64,000 nucleotides of DNA from an uncultured Nitrospiraceae bacterium (GTDB lineage: Bacteria > Nitrospirota > Thermodesulfovibrionia > Thermodesulfovibrionales > UBA6898). The notes beneath the pieces were generated by a model. The model searched no databases. It saw only the letters and a program-made list of their open reading frames with translations, and was not told the DNA's origin. The position numbers were made by a program, and so were the translations under genes. Every line of letters begins with the position of its first letter. Positions within the stretch are counted from its first letter, which is position 1. Positions 1 to 9,934 of the stretch are shown piece by piece. Where the stretch lies: contig CAWEQH010000004.1 of the NCBI GenBank assembly GCA_963811165.1, forward strand, positions 512,001-576,000, read 5' to 3'.

Positions 1-443
1 ATGACGAGCTGAAGGTCGTCGATCTTTTTTGCTTTTACCCTCACCTGGTCTTTCTGTATCTCCGACTGCACCTTCATCTTTGTGTCCTTGATGATCTTGA
101 CGATCTCCTTCGCCTTTTCGACCGGGATGCCCTGCTGGAGCGTGACGATCTGCCTGACCGTGTTATTTGCGGCCTGTTCGATCTTTCCATAATTGAGGGC
201 CTTAAGCGATACGCCCCTCTTGACGAGCTTTGTCTGAAGGATGTCTATGACCGTCTTAAGCTTTAGCTCATCGTCGGAGATAAGGGTCAACTCATGTTTG
301 TCTTTATTCAGTTCGATACTGCTCTTGCTTCCTTTGAAATCGAATCTCTGGCTGATCTCCTTTGTCGCCTGCTGCACCGCGTTAAGCACTTCCTGCAGGT
401 CGACCTTGCTTACCACGTCAAAAGAATGTTCGTCCGCCGCCAT
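1..443 (-). CDS. yajQ: YajQ family cyclic di-GMP/nucleotide-binding protein (3' end outside window)
   Basis: Not in ORF track. Manual translation from ATG at 443: [40 protein letters not shown]...[34 protein letters not shown], the YajQ signature. GGAGG RBS upstream. Confidence 0.93.
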   Translation of the reverse strand, partial: MAADEHSFDVVSKVDLQEVLNAVQQATKEISQRFDFKGSKSSIELNKDKHELTLISDDELKLKTVIDILQTKLVKRGVSLKALNYGKIEQAANNTVRQIVTLQQGIPVEKAKEIVKIIKDTKMKVQSEIQKDQVRVKAKKIDDLQLV

Positions 444-460
444 ATAAACCTCCGTTCTTC

Positions 461-592
461 TTATTGTCTTTCGGGATTTGGCTTGCAGACAGGACAGAAT
501 AGTTCACCCGGATCGAGCGGGCATACATGCCCGCATCCCTCGCAGCAGGTACATTCTTCCGGCTGCTGTCCGCAGACCCCGCATTTGTTCAT
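461..592 (-). CDS. Small Cys-rich putative metal-binding protein (43 aa)
   Basis: [43 protein letters not shown]; 9 Cys including CxxC pairs; directly upstream of yajQ on the same strand. Confidence 0.65.
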   Translation of the reverse strand: MNKCGVCGQQPEECTCCEGCGHVCPLDPGELFCPVCKPNPERQ

Positions 593-865
593 CGATGCAT
601 TATAACTATTTGGATCAAGTTCATCAATATGCGGGCGGAACGTAACGACTAAAAAACGCCCCGTCGAACAGATGCAAACAGAGGCAGGAGGGGATGGCAT
701 TCCCACTCATCATTCCCGCTCTCATCCGAGGCACCGCCGCATTTTGCCTGCCGGGTGAAGTAATACGCGCCGCTGAAGCCGTTCGAATGCGTCCCCACGC
801 AAAACTAGTCGGCTAATTCACATTGGTCTTGTTATGGGCCGCTATGGTAAAATTTCAGCGATCTT

Positions 866-1258
866 ATGAGCCCGATCGGTGACATTATTCTTACGTTACA
901 CAATTATTCCCTTGACGTAGCGGCCGCATTCTTGGTTACGGCCCTGGCGGTCGTCCGGACACTCCTGAAAACAAACCCTCCCCCGGGCGATGCGGAACTC
1001 GAAGTGGCATTTGTCCGCGTCTGTATGGGTGCGGGGCGAATCATAAGGTATTCCATTTTCTGGATACTTGCGGCGGGCGTACCAGCGGCGATATTTTTCA
1101 AGGGACGCGGCTTGCCGGCCCAGGGGGACCTTTGGGGCGCGGGTGCGGCTGTCCGGTATGCCGGAATGCTCGTTCTTTCGGTTATCGCTTTTTTCTCATG
1201 GTCAAGGCTTTCAAAAAAAATCGGCCGTCTCAAATCAAAACATACTCTCAACGACTGA
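866..1258 (+). CDS. Hypothetical membrane protein
   Basis: 130-aa ORF with about 3 hydrophobic segments; extended -10 (TGGTAAAAT) just upstream. Confidence 0.65.
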   Translation: MSPIGDIILTLHNYSLDVAAAFLVTALAVVRTLLKTNPPPGDAELEVAFVRVCMGAGRIIRYSIFWILAAGVPAAIFFKGRGLPAQGDLWGAGAAVRYAGMLVLSVIAFFSWSRLSKKIGRLKSKHTLND

Positions 1259-1262
1259 AAAT

Positions 1263-1284
1263 GTAGTGGGTTCCGGCCCACTAC
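1263..1284. repeat. GTAG-type REP-like palindrome
   Basis: GTAGTGGG-ttccgg-CCCACTAC, perfect 8-bp stem; degenerate second copy at about 1292-1314. Confidence 0.5.
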
Positions 1285-1406
1285 CAAATGGGCAGTGGGT
1301 CTTGACCCGCCTATCAAATTCCAGGTCCCACAGCCTGCCGGGCCCTTGTTTTACTGCATGTGCAGGCCGCAGTTTATACGCCCGGGGGCTACAGATTTTT
1401 TAAAAC

Positions 1407-1421
1407 CCGCTATGGTAAAAT
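1407..1421 (+). promoter_or_regulatory. Extended -10 promoter, probably giving a leaderless rseC transcript
   Basis: CCGCTATGGTAAAAT (identical copy at 839-853); TAAAAT ends at 1421 and GTG starts at 1428. Confidence 0.55.
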
Positions 1422-1427
1422 GCTTAG

Positions 1428-1856
1428 GTGATAGAAGAAATAGGCATCGTCAAGAGTATTGAAGGAATGACTGCGGTAGTTTCGGTGCCGAAGAAAAGCG
1501 CCTGCGAAGGGTGCACGATGGGGACCTGCACAACCCAGGAAAAGAGCATGGAGATAGAGGCATGGAACGAGGCCGGCGCAAAGGTGGGCCAGAAGGTAAG
1601 GGTGGCGATAAAGTCCTACGCGTACATGAAAGGGGCGATGATAGTTTACGGGCTGCCGGCAGTCGGCCTGGTAGCGGGAGCCGTTTTCGGCAAGGACCTT
1701 ATGAGCAGGGTATTTCCCACCGCCGATCCGGACGCGCTGTCGGCCGTCTTTGGGTTCGCTGCGTGTATCCTGTCCTTTGTAATCGTAAAGATATGGGCCA
1801 ATAAGGCGGGCAAGAAGACGGAGTCCAGGCCCGTCGTCGAAGAGATATTGAATTAA
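1428..1856 (+). CDS. RseC/MucC family (SoxR reducing system) protein
   Basis: N-terminal MIEEIGIV, SACEGC...C motif, GAKVGQKV, YGLP, two TM helices. Confidence 0.85.
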   Translation: MIEEIGIVKSIEGMTAVVSVPKKSACEGCTMGTCTTQEKSMEIEAWNEAGAKVGQKVRVAIKSYAYMKGAMIVYGLPAVGLVAGAVFGKDLMSRVFPTADPDALSAVFGFAACILSFVIVKIWANKAGKKTESRPVVEEILN

Positions 1857-1907
1857 AGGGGCGGTTCCTAGAGCGGTCCTGAAAATATTTTGATATAGGG
1901 GGACTTC

Positions 1908-4004
1908 ATGGCAAACTTTGAGGTAGGCAAGATCAGAAACGTTGCGGTAATCGCGCATGGCGGGGCGGGAAAGACTTCCCTTATCGAGGCGATGCTCTTT
2001 GATTGCGGGATGACCGACAGGCTCGGAAACGTGCAGGACGGCACCACGGTCACGGATTACGAGCCGGAGGAGATCGACCGCAAGATCACCATTACCTCAT
2101 CGTTGGCATTTTGCAACTGGGACAAGCACAGGATCAACCTCATGGACACCCCGGGCTTCATAAATTTTATCGAAGACACTCGCGGCTGCCTGAGGGTCGC
2201 CGACGGCGCCGTGATTATTGTGAGCGCGCTGTCGGGGGTGAAGGCCGAGACCGAGAAGGTCTGGAAATATGCCTGCGAATTCGAGATCCCGAGGATCGTG
2301 TTCATCAACAAGATGGACAAGGAGACCGCGAATTTCGAGAGGGCGCTGAGCGAACTCGAAAAATCCTTCGATACGGAAGGGGTGCCCCTTAATATCCCGA
2401 TAGGGATAGGCGAGGGCTTCTCGGGCGTCATCGATGTCGTCAAGATGAAGGCGTATCGCTTTAGCGGGGGCAAGGCCGAAGAGTCCGACATACCCGCCGA
2501 GATGCAGTCCGAGGCGGACAAGTACAGAAAAAAGCTCATCGAAAAGATAGCGGAGTCCGATGACAAGCTCCTCGAAAAATATCTCGAAGGCGGCGAACTG
2601 ACGAACGACGAGATCGTAAACGGGATAAAGGAAGGGTCGCTGACGAGGAAGTTCATTCCGGTCACCTGCGGGTCGGCCCTGAAGAATATAGGTATCCAAA
2701 GCCTTATCGAATCGGTCGTCCTCTGTCTTCCGTCTCCTGTGGAGATGGCGGGCATATCGCCTGTCAAAGGGAGGAGCCCCAAGGACGGGAGCGAAATCGT
2801 GAGGAAGCCGGCCGACAACGAGCCCCTCGCCGCCTACGTGTTTAAGACCATCGCCGACCCTTACGCCGGCAAGCTTTCGCTCTTTAGAGTTTACTCAGGG
2901 ACGCTCAAGGCGGACTCGAACGCCTTTAACTCGACCGCCGATGCCAAGGAACGCGTGGGACAGATCTTCCACCTTCTGGGCAAGAAGCAGGTGCCGGTCC
3001 AGGCGCTCGGCGCGGGTGAGATCGGCGTGGTCCCGAAACTGAAAGGGACGAATACGGGAGACACGTTTTCCGATGAGGCGAAACCGATTATCTTCGACAA
3101 GGTCAAGTTTGCCGACCCGATCATATCTTACGCGATTGCTCCCAGGAGCAAGGGCGATGAGGAGAAGGTGAGCATCAGCCTCCACAGGGTGCTTGAAGAA
3201 GACCCGACGCTCAGATTTTCGAGGGACGAGGAGACAAAGGAGATGCTGATCTCCGGAATGGGGCAGGTGCATATCGAGGTCGCACTCGAACGCCTGAAAA
3301 GGAGGTTCGGCGTCGAGGTCGAGATGAAGACGCCCAAGATACCGTATCGTGAGACCATAAAGGTCTCTACGAGCGTACAGGGGAGATATAAGAAGCAGTC
3401 CGGCGGAAAGGGGCAGTACGGCGACTGTCATATTAGGGTAGAGCCGCTGCCGAGGGGTACCGGCTTCGAGTTCGTAGACAAGATCGTCGGAGGGGCAATA
3501 CCCAGGCAATACATTCCCGCCGTCGAAAAGGGCATTGTCGAGGCGATGCACGAAGGCGTGGTGGCCGGGTTCCCTATCGTAGACCTGCGGGTCACCCTTT
3601 TTGACGGGTCATATCATACCGTAGACTCTTCGGAGATGGCCTTTAAGATAGCCGGCTCCATGGCGATAAAGAAGGCAGTGACGGAGGCAAAACCCGTTTT
3701 GCTTGAACCGATCATGAAGGTCGAGGTCACTACCCCCGACGATACCCTCGGTGCGGTAATAGGGGACCTGAACTCAAGGAGGGGGAAGGTCCAGGGGGTC
3801 GAGCCGCAGGCCGGCGGAAACCAGAAGATATTGGCGCAGGTGGCGATGTCTGAGATGCTCACCTACGCAAACCAGCTCCATAGTCTTACGTCCGGCAGGG
3901 GACTTTATTCCATGGAGTTTTCCCATTACGAGGAGGTGCCGGCCCACCTGTCACAAAAAATCGTAGCGGAGCGCCAGGCACAAAAAGAAGAGAAGAACGG
4001 GTAG
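1908..4004 (+). CDS. fusA: Elongation factor G paralog (EF-G2-like)
   Basis: Full EF-G domain set ([30 protein letters not shown]); GTPase motifs deviate ([19 protein letters not shown]). Confidence 0.92.
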   Translation: MANFEVGKIRNVAVIAHGGAGKTSLIEAMLFDCGMTDRLGNVQDGTTVTDYEPEEIDRKITITSSLAFCNWDKHRINLMDTPGFINFIEDTRGCLRVADGAVIIVSALSGVKAETEKVWKYACEFEIPRIVFINKMDKETANFERALSELEKSFDTEGVPLNIPIGIGEGFSGVIDVVKMKAYRFSGGKAEESDIPAEMQSEADKYRKKLIEKIAESDDKLLEKYLEGGELTNDEIVNGIKEGSLTRKFIPVTCGSALKNIGIQSLIESVVLCLPSPVEMAGISPVKGRSPKDGSEIVRKPADNEPLAAYVFKTIADPYAGKLSLFRVYSGTLKADSNAFNSTADAKERVGQIFHLLGKKQVPVQALGAGEIGVVPKLKGTNTGDTFSDEAKPIIFDKVKFADPIISYAIAPRSKGDEEKVSISLHRVLEEDPTLRFSRDEETKEMLISGMGQVHIEVALERLKRRFGVEVEMKTPKIPYRETIKVSTSVQGRYKKQSGGKGQYGDCHIRVEPLPRGTGFEFVDKIVGGAIPRQYIPAVEKGIVEAMHEGVVAGFPIVDLRVTLFDGSYHTVDSSEMAFKIAGSMAIKKAVTEAKPVLLEPIMKVEVTTPDDTLGAVIGDLNSRRGKVQGVEPQAGGNQKILAQVAMSEMLTYANQLHSLTSGRGLYSMEFSHYEEVPAHLSQKIVAERQAQKEEKNG

Positions 4005-4005
4005 C

Positions 4006-5070
4006 ATGAAGGCTTTGATTCTGAGCGGCGGCAAAGGGACACGCCTGAGGCCGCTGACTTATTCGGGCGCAAAACAGCTCGTTCCGGTTGCGAACAGGCC
4101 TATCCTTTTTTATTGCATCGATAACATCGTACATGCGGGCATCAGAGACATCGGCATTATCATATCGCCGGAGACTGGTGAAGAGATTAGGGATGCGGTG
4201 GGCAACGGCAAGAGGTGGGGTGCCAAGATCACCTATATCCTCCAGGACTCTCCTTCGGGCCTTGCCCATGCGGTAAAAACAGCAGACAAATTCCTTAAAA
4301 AGTCCCCGTTCGTTATGTACCTTGGGGACAATCTCATCGGCAGGGACATAAAGAAATTCGTGGAGGATTTCACAAAGAAGAAATCCGACGCGCTCATCCT
4401 GCTTAAGGAGGTCGAAAACCCCAGGCAATTCGGTGTCGCCGAAGTGACGAAGGACGGCCATATCGTGAGGCTGATCGAAAAGCCGGATGACCCGCCCTCG
4501 AACCTGGCCCTTGTCGGTGTCTATATTTTTTCGCCGGGTATACACCGCGCGATAGCAAGGATCAGCCCGTCGAAGCGGGGGGAGCTCGAGATCACCGATG
4601 CGATACAGGAACTGATTTTAATGGGGAAAAAGGTGAGGAGTTTTGTGCTTGACGACTGGTGGCTCGATACCGGCAAAAAGGACGACCTCCTTACGGCAAA
4701 CGCCATTGTGCTCGACGAATGGGGGAAGAAGGAGATCGCCGGCACAGTCGATAAGGCGAGCCATATCCTGGGCAGGGTCAAACTGGACAAGACATCACTG
4801 ATAAAAGGCAGCACGATACGCGGGCCGGTCGTCATAGGCCAGCACACGGTCATCGAAAATTCCTTCATAGGGCCCCACACGAGCATCGGCGACAACGTCA
4901 GGATAATTAATTCCTCGATAGAGCATTCGGTCATTATGGACGGAAGCGAGGTGGTACACATAGAGAGGCTGGAGGAGAGTCTTATAGGCCGAAGGGTCAG
5001 GATAATCAAGAACAGCAGACACAGGGCGCTTAGGCTTATGCTTGGAGATGACTCCACCATGGAGGTATAG
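4006..5070 (+). CDS. rmlA: Glucose-1-phosphate thymidylyltransferase, long form
   Basis: [40 protein letters not shown]-terminal hexapeptide-like region. Confidence 0.93.
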   Translation: MKALILSGGKGTRLRPLTYSGAKQLVPVANRPILFYCIDNIVHAGIRDIGIIISPETGEEIRDAVGNGKRWGAKITYILQDSPSGLAHAVKTADKFLKKSPFVMYLGDNLIGRDIKKFVEDFTKKKSDALILLKEVENPRQFGVAEVTKDGHIVRLIEKPDDPPSNLALVGVYIFSPGIHRAIARISPSKRGELEITDAIQELILMGKKVRSFVLDDWWLDTGKKDDLLTANAIVLDEWGKKEIAGTVDKASHILGRVKLDKTSLIKGSTIRGPVVIGQHTVIENSFIGPHTSIGDNVRIINSSIEHSVIMDGSEVVHIERLEESLIGRRVRIIKNSRHRALRLMLGDDSTMEV

Positions 5071-5075
5071 AGACA

Positions 5076-5516
5076 GTGGAAGGGGTTGTCATAAAGGAGC
5101 TTAACGTTTTTACCGACGACAGGGGATGGCTTTCCGAACTCTTCAGATATGATGAAACAGACTTCAGGCCGGTGATGTCTTACGTTTCGATGACGAAGGC
5201 GGGCATTGCGCGCGGGCCTCATGAACATATGGAGCAGTCTGATTTCTTCTGCTTCTTCGGGAACTTCAGGCTTTACCTCTGGGACAACAGAAAAGGGTCG
5301 CCGTCTTATGGAGAGAAGGTTGTGCGCGATACGGAGGGCAGGCCGGTCACCGCTGTCGTGCCTCCAGGGGTGGTCCACGCCTATAAAAACATGGGACCGG
5401 GGGAAGGCATAGTCCTTAATCTGCCCGACAGACTTTTTAAAGGACAGGGGAAGAAAGACCCCGTAGACGAAGTCAGATACGAAAATGACCCTGACTCGCC
5501 TTTCAGGATAGAGTAA
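5076..5516 (+). CDS. rmlC: dTDP-4-dehydrorhamnose 3,5-epimerase family protein
   Basis: DDRGWLSELFR, RGPHEH, PPGVVHAY cupin motifs; rml operon context. Confidence 0.88.
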   Translation: MEGVVIKELNVFTDDRGWLSELFRYDETDFRPVMSYVSMTKAGIARGPHEHMEQSDFFCFFGNFRLYLWDNRKGSPSYGEKVVRDTEGRPVTAVVPPGVVHAYKNMGPGEGIVLNLPDRLFKGQGKKDPVDEVRYENDPDSPFRIE

Positions 5517-6544
5517 TGAAGGTCCTTATCACAGGCGGGGCGGGCTTTATCGGTTCCAATTTTATCAGGCATTTTCTTGCCGCACATCCGGGCCACGAGG
5601 TCATCAACCTCGACAAGCTTACCTACGCCGGCAACTTCGAAAATCTTGCCGATATAGGAGACCTGCCGAACTATACGTTCGTCGGGGGAGACATCTGCGA
5701 CCGGCAGTTGCTTGAGGAGCTCTCATTCGATGCGATCATCCATTTTGCTGCGGAAAGCCATGTCGACAGGAGCATCATCGACGCTTCGCCTTTTTTGCAG
5801 ACGAACGTGATGGGGACCCAGAGCCTCCTTGAGGCCGCAAGGAAGAGGGGCTGCAGGATGCTTCATGTCTCTACCGACGAGGTCTACGGGTCCATAGAGG
5901 CTGGTCTTTTTACCGAGGAGTCCCCTTTAATGCCGAACAGTCCTTATGCGGCGAGCAAGGCGTCTTCAGACCTTCTCGCAAGGGCCTCTCACGAGACCTA
6001 CGGCCTCGACGTGGTCATCACCAGATGTTCCAATAATTACGGCCCTTACCAGTTTCCCGAGAAACTGATGCCGCTTGTCATTGCAAACGCGCTGGGGGGC
6101 AAGGCGGTCCCCGTATACGGCGACGGGATGAACGTAAGGGACTGGATATATGTGGCCGACCATTGCCGGGCGGTCGATATCGTTTTCCATAAGGGAAGGG
6201 CCGGCGAGGTATATAATATCGGCGGCAGGAACGAGCAGCGAAACATCGACATCGTCAGAATGCTCCTCGCTATGGTTGCCAGGAAGAGCGGGGCGCCCGA
6301 AGCGCAGCTGCTCAAACTCATCTCCTTCGTCAAAGACAGGCCGGGCCATGACAGGCGATACGCGATAGACCCTTCGAAGATGGAGAGGGAACTGGGCTGG
6401 AGGCCGGAGACGAGTTTCGAAGACGGCATATCGAAGACCGTCGAATGGTATTTGGGCAACAGGATATGGTGGGAACGGATCATCTCAGGCGAATACCGAA
6501 GATACTATGAAATCCAGTACGGCAAGAGGGCCGGCGGACCTTGA
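5516..6544 (+). CDS. rmlB: dTDP-glucose 4,6-dehydratase
   Basis: GGAGFIGSNF, DKLTYAGN, AAESHVDRSI, STDEVYG, YAASK, DRPGHDRRY. Confidence 0.96.
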   Translation: MKVLITGGAGFIGSNFIRHFLAAHPGHEVINLDKLTYAGNFENLADIGDLPNYTFVGGDICDRQLLEELSFDAIIHFAAESHVDRSIIDASPFLQTNVMGTQSLLEAARKRGCRMLHVSTDEVYGSIEAGLFTEESPLMPNSPYAASKASSDLLARASHETYGLDVVITRCSNNYGPYQFPEKLMPLVIANALGGKAVPVYGDGMNVRDWIYVADHCRAVDIVFHKGRAGEVYNIGGRNEQRNIDIVRMLLAMVARKSGAPEAQLLKLISFVKDRPGHDRRYAIDPSKMERELGWRPETSFEDGISKTVEWYLGNRIWWERIISGEYRRYYEIQYGKRAGGP

Positions 6545-7365
6545 AGGTCGCTGTTACAGGCTCAGAGGGCATGCTCGGCCATGACATAAAACGGGTCTTT
6601 TCGGACGTCGAGCTTGTCTGTCTGACTTGCGAAACCCTTGATATCACCAGACTCGACACGGTGGCGAAGATGATGAAGGAGATCAAGCCGGACTTCGTGA
6701 TAAACGCCGCCGCCTTTACCGATGTCGACCGTTGCGAGTCCGAACCCGATCTCGCGTATCTCGTCAACGGCATAGGCGCACGGAATATCGCGATGGCCTG
6801 TGAGCAGATCAGTTGCCCGGTCGTCCAGATCAGCACGGATTATGTCTTTGACGGGACGAAGGACGGTCCCTATCACGAATGGGACGACACCGCACCCATA
6901 AACCAATACGGGCTGTCGAAGCTGATGGGTGAGCGGTTTGTCACGTCTCTTACCAATAGGTTTTATGTGGTGAGGACCTCCTGGCTCTATGGGAAAAACG
7001 GGAAGAATTTTGTCGATACCATAGGCAGGCTCCTTTCCGATAGGGAAGGGATAGATGTCGTTGATGACCAGGTAGGATCTCCCACCTTTACGCTCGACCT
7101 GGCGAGGAAACTCAGAGAGATCATCGGAAAAGGGTACGGAACTTATCATATCACCAATTCCGGAAAGTGTTCGTGGTATGAATTTGCGGTCGCGATAGCC
7201 GCGAAAATGGGGATCACAAAAAGGATATCGCCTGTGACTTCCGAGATGTTCAAAAGGCCGGCAAAGAGACCTGCAAATTCGGTCCTCGGGCATACCATGC
7301 TCAGGCTCGAGGGGCTGGATGAGATGAGGGACTGGAAAGCGGCGCTCCACGAATATCTGGGATAG
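6541..7365 (+). CDS. rmlD: dTDP-4-dehydrorhamnose reductase
   Basis: GSEGMLG, NAAAFTDVD, ISTDYVFDG, YGLSK, DQVGSPT. Confidence 0.95.
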   Translation: MKVAVTGSEGMLGHDIKRVFSDVELVCLTCETLDITRLDTVAKMMKEIKPDFVINAAAFTDVDRCESEPDLAYLVNGIGARNIAMACEQISCPVVQISTDYVFDGTKDGPYHEWDDTAPINQYGLSKLMGERFVTSLTNRFYVVRTSWLYGKNGKNFVDTIGRLLSDREGIDVVDDQVGSPTFTLDLARKLREIIGKGYGTYHITNSGKCSWYEFAVAIAAKMGITKRISPVTSEMFKRPAKRPANSVLGHTMLRLEGLDEMRDWKAALHEYLG

Positions 7366-7958
7366 TCCATGTTCAGGTGAGTCGGATTATGACAACGATA
7401 GCCCCGCGACCGCGACATGGTCTTAAGCGAGTGGTCGAAGTTTATAAGGCTCTGGATATTCGGGGGACAAAAGAGCGCGCTTGAAGGCCGTACGGCGGAT
7501 AGTCCCTTATCCGAAAAATAGAGGGGACTTCATCAGCGCGAAGACCCTGTAAGTCGGTAGTTGTACCGCGTCAGCCAGGATTTCGAATACATCTGATACT
7601 ACTCACCTTGGACATTTCGCCGGAGGTGTTGGTTTCCAAAATAATGTGTCAAAAGTGGCTTGCGGTGTACGCCCTGCAGTCTGCATGGACCATGTGACTT
7701 AAGAATCGTTTCTTTCAGCCACAAGTATCGCTTTTTCTCTATAGGCCTGCGGCTCTCGATTACGGAATGAAACACGTAAACCTGAAAATAGTAGCGTCTT
7801 TATTATTTCTCATCGATTTGCCCGGCGATGCCGATAACATGCGCTGAAAAATGATGGGATATGTGACTCTATACGTTTACTCCCCCTTGCATAAATCCGG
7901 CGTTCTGTAATAATGGAGGTGAGATTGACCTTTTCTTTAAAAGGAAAAAGGAGAAAAG

Positions 7959-8351
7959 ATGAAGAGGCATAAATACTTATCTGCTGTGATCTGCATTTCC
8001 TCTTTGATCGTTTCTTTTTTGCCCGGACTCGCAAGGAATGTTCGGGGTGAGGTGAAAGAAATAGACACTACTATCCAGGGATATAAGTTAAAAGCAAAAG
8101 CGAAATTTGACGAGCTGAGCAAAAAGATAAATGAACTCGGAACGAAGGCAGAGAAGGCCGACTCAAAGACAAAGGCCATTGTGAAGACAAAGATGAATGA
8201 ACTGCAGGAAAAACGTGCAGCTTTACAAGTCAGTATGGAGAAACTCGATATGGTGAGCAAGGACCAATGGGAAACTGAAAGGCAGAAAGTAGAGTCTGAA
8301 ATGGACGAACTGGAGAAAGCATATCATAGTGCGCGTTCCCTTTTTAAATGA
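7959..8351 (+). CDS. Secreted coiled-coil protein, stress-response-like (similar to 9455-9745)
   Basis: Signal-peptide-like N-terminus, charged helical body with 'LDMVSKDQWE' motif; AGGAG RBS. Confidence 0.7.
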   Translation: MKRHKYLSAVICISSLIVSFLPGLARNVRGEVKEIDTTIQGYKLKAKAKFDELSKKINELGTKAEKADSKTKAIVKTKMNELQEKRAALQVSMEKLDMVSKDQWETERQKVESEMDELEKAYHSARSLFK

Positions 8352-8402
8352 TTAGATTCAAGAGGAATTGGCGGAGAAAAGCATAGGGGGGATTAAAGAA
8401 TA

Positions 8403-8603
8403 ATGTTTGGATTAGGATTGTATGAGCTAGCGAATACAGTCTTTTTAGTCTTAATCGTTTTTTTAGGTCCGCTAATGATTAATTACAGACTTGTAAAATC
8501 ACGCGGGAGAAAGAGTGAGATGTGTCTGTGGATGTTTATAAGCCTATTGTTTTCGTGGATAGCAACGTTTGTGTTACTTATTATGAAACGGAAAGATGCT
8601 TGA
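8403..8603 (+). CDS. Small two-TM membrane protein
   Basis: 66 aa with two hydrophobic helices; AT-rich. Confidence 0.6.
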   Translation: MFGLGLYELANTVFLVLIVFLGPLMINYRLVKSRGRKSEMCLWMFISLLFSWIATFVLLIMKRKDA

Positions 8604-8758
8604 AACGAATCCGAAGAAAGAGGGGGAAAACATTATCTTTGTAATCAAATGAGGAGATTATCATGGCAGAATTCAAGAATAAAGAAGAATACGAAAAATG
8701 GAAAGAAGAAAAAGCCAAACAAATCGCTCTGCAACACAATAAAAGGAGGTGGGGGAAA

Positions 8759-9121
8759 ATGAGACGATTTTGGGTGTACGTTGCATTGTTCTGTTTTATA
8801 TTTGCGGTTTCACTTCTGGCGTGCGAAAAGCCAAAGGAACAGGCCGGTACCGCAGAACAGGCGAAACAAGGTGAAGCGAAATCCGGCGAGGCGCTCTTTA
8901 AACAGCATTGCGCTGTTTGTCACCCCGACGGCGGCAATATCGCCAATCCTCAAAAGAGCCTTCACAAGAAGGACCGCGAGGCAAACGGCGTGAATACCGC
9001 GGCGGACATAATCGCCAAGATGAGAAACCCTGGGCCAGGAATGACAACATTCGATGAGAAAATGCTGCCCGACAAGGATGCGCAGGCTATCGCGGAATAT
9101 GAGTTGAAGACGTTTAACTAA
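8759..9121 (+). CDS. Mono-heme cytochrome c6-like lipoprotein (OmcF-like)
   Basis: Lipobox LLA-C, CAVCH heme motif, GGNIANPQKSL...RNPGPGM(T)F axial-Met region. Start chosen at ATG 8759 after GGAGG; ORF track starts at 8663. Confidence 0.88.
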   Translation: MRRFWVYVALFCFIFAVSLLACEKPKEQAGTAEQAKQGEAKSGEALFKQHCAVCHPDGGNIANPQKSLHKKDREANGVNTAADIIAKMRNPGPGMTTFDEKMLPDKDAQAIAEYELKTFN

Positions 9122-9197
9122 AGTCTGTTCATAGCCGTCTGAGGATAAAGCGTGAAGACTGAAGTACGAGCTGACTGTCGGGAAATCATGGAGGAAG

Positions 9198-9419
9198 ATG
9201 AGAACAAACACGATTATAGCCATTGTCCTTATCGCGATCGGAATTGTCTCCTTTGCGTATCAAGGCATCACCTATAAGACCAAAGAGAAGGTCATGGATA
9301 TCGGACCGGTCGAGGTAACCTCCGAGAAGACAAAAACACTCCCGCTCCCTCCGATCGTGGGGGCAGTTGCGCTGGTCGGCGGCGTTGTTTTGCTGATCAC
9401 GGATAGAAAGAAGGGCTGA
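9198..9419 (+). CDS. Small membrane protein (DUF3185-like)
   Basis: LIAIGIVSFAYQGITY...DIGPVEVT...PLPPIVGAVALVGG pattern; GGAGG RBS. Confidence 0.8.
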   Translation: MRTNTIIAIVLIAIGIVSFAYQGITYKTKEKVMDIGPVEVTSEKTKTLPLPPIVGAVALVGGVVLLITDRKKG

Positions 9420-9454
9420 TCGGAGGAAGATATTTCAACCAGAAGGAGACTGCT

Positions 9455-9745
9455 ATGACGGACAAACGAAAAGCGTACCAGGAACAATTTGAAGCTCGGT
9501 TAGCGGAATGGAATGCGCAGTTCTCTCTGCTCCGGGCCAAGGCGGACAAGGCCGGGGCAGAGGCGAAGGTTGAGTACACTAAGATTATCGAAGGGCTGCA
9601 GCAAAAGCATGATGTGGCCATGGCTAAACTGCGGGATTTGAAAGCCGCCGGCGATGAGGCATGGGAAGACCTCAAGTCCGGCGCGGAAAAGGCCTGGGCT
9701 GAAGTCAAAACTGCCTTCGACAGCGCCGCCTCGAAGTTCAAATGA
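9455..9745 (+). CDS. Coiled-coil stress-response-type protein (sll1863-like)
   Basis: KAYQEQFEARLAEWNAQ...LKAAGDEAWEDLKSGAEKAW pattern; AAGGAG RBS. Confidence 0.8.
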   Translation: MTDKRKAYQEQFEARLAEWNAQFSLLRAKADKAGAEAKVEYTKIIEGLQQKHDVAMAKLRDLKAAGDEAWEDLKSGAEKAWAEVKTAFDSAASKFK

Positions 9746-9796
9746 GCAAGGCCGGCTGCTTTGGACTGATACGCCAGTGAAAGGAGGTGAAGTAAA

Positions 9797-9934
9797 ATGA
9801 CCATCACCGTAGCTCATATGCAACCCATTGTGGCCTTAATAGCCGGGATTCTGATTCTCGTCATGCCGAGACTCTTGAATTTTATTATTGCCATCTACCT
9901 CATCGTGATTGGTATTATGGGGCTCATTCATTAG
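9797..9934 (+). CDS. DUF3096 family small membrane protein (45 aa)
   Basis: Below ORF-track cutoff. MTITVAHMQPIVALIAGILILVMPRLLNFIIAIYLIVIGIMGLIH; AAGGAGG RBS. Confidence 0.85.
   Translation: MTITVAHMQPIVALIAGILILVMPRLLNFIIAIYLIVIGIMGLIH

Noticed and set aside
7366..7950. ncRNA or pseudogene in the long spacer after rmlD
   Set aside because: Only a weak hairpin (AGTCCCTT...GAGGGGACT); no recognisable RNA family or protein remnant
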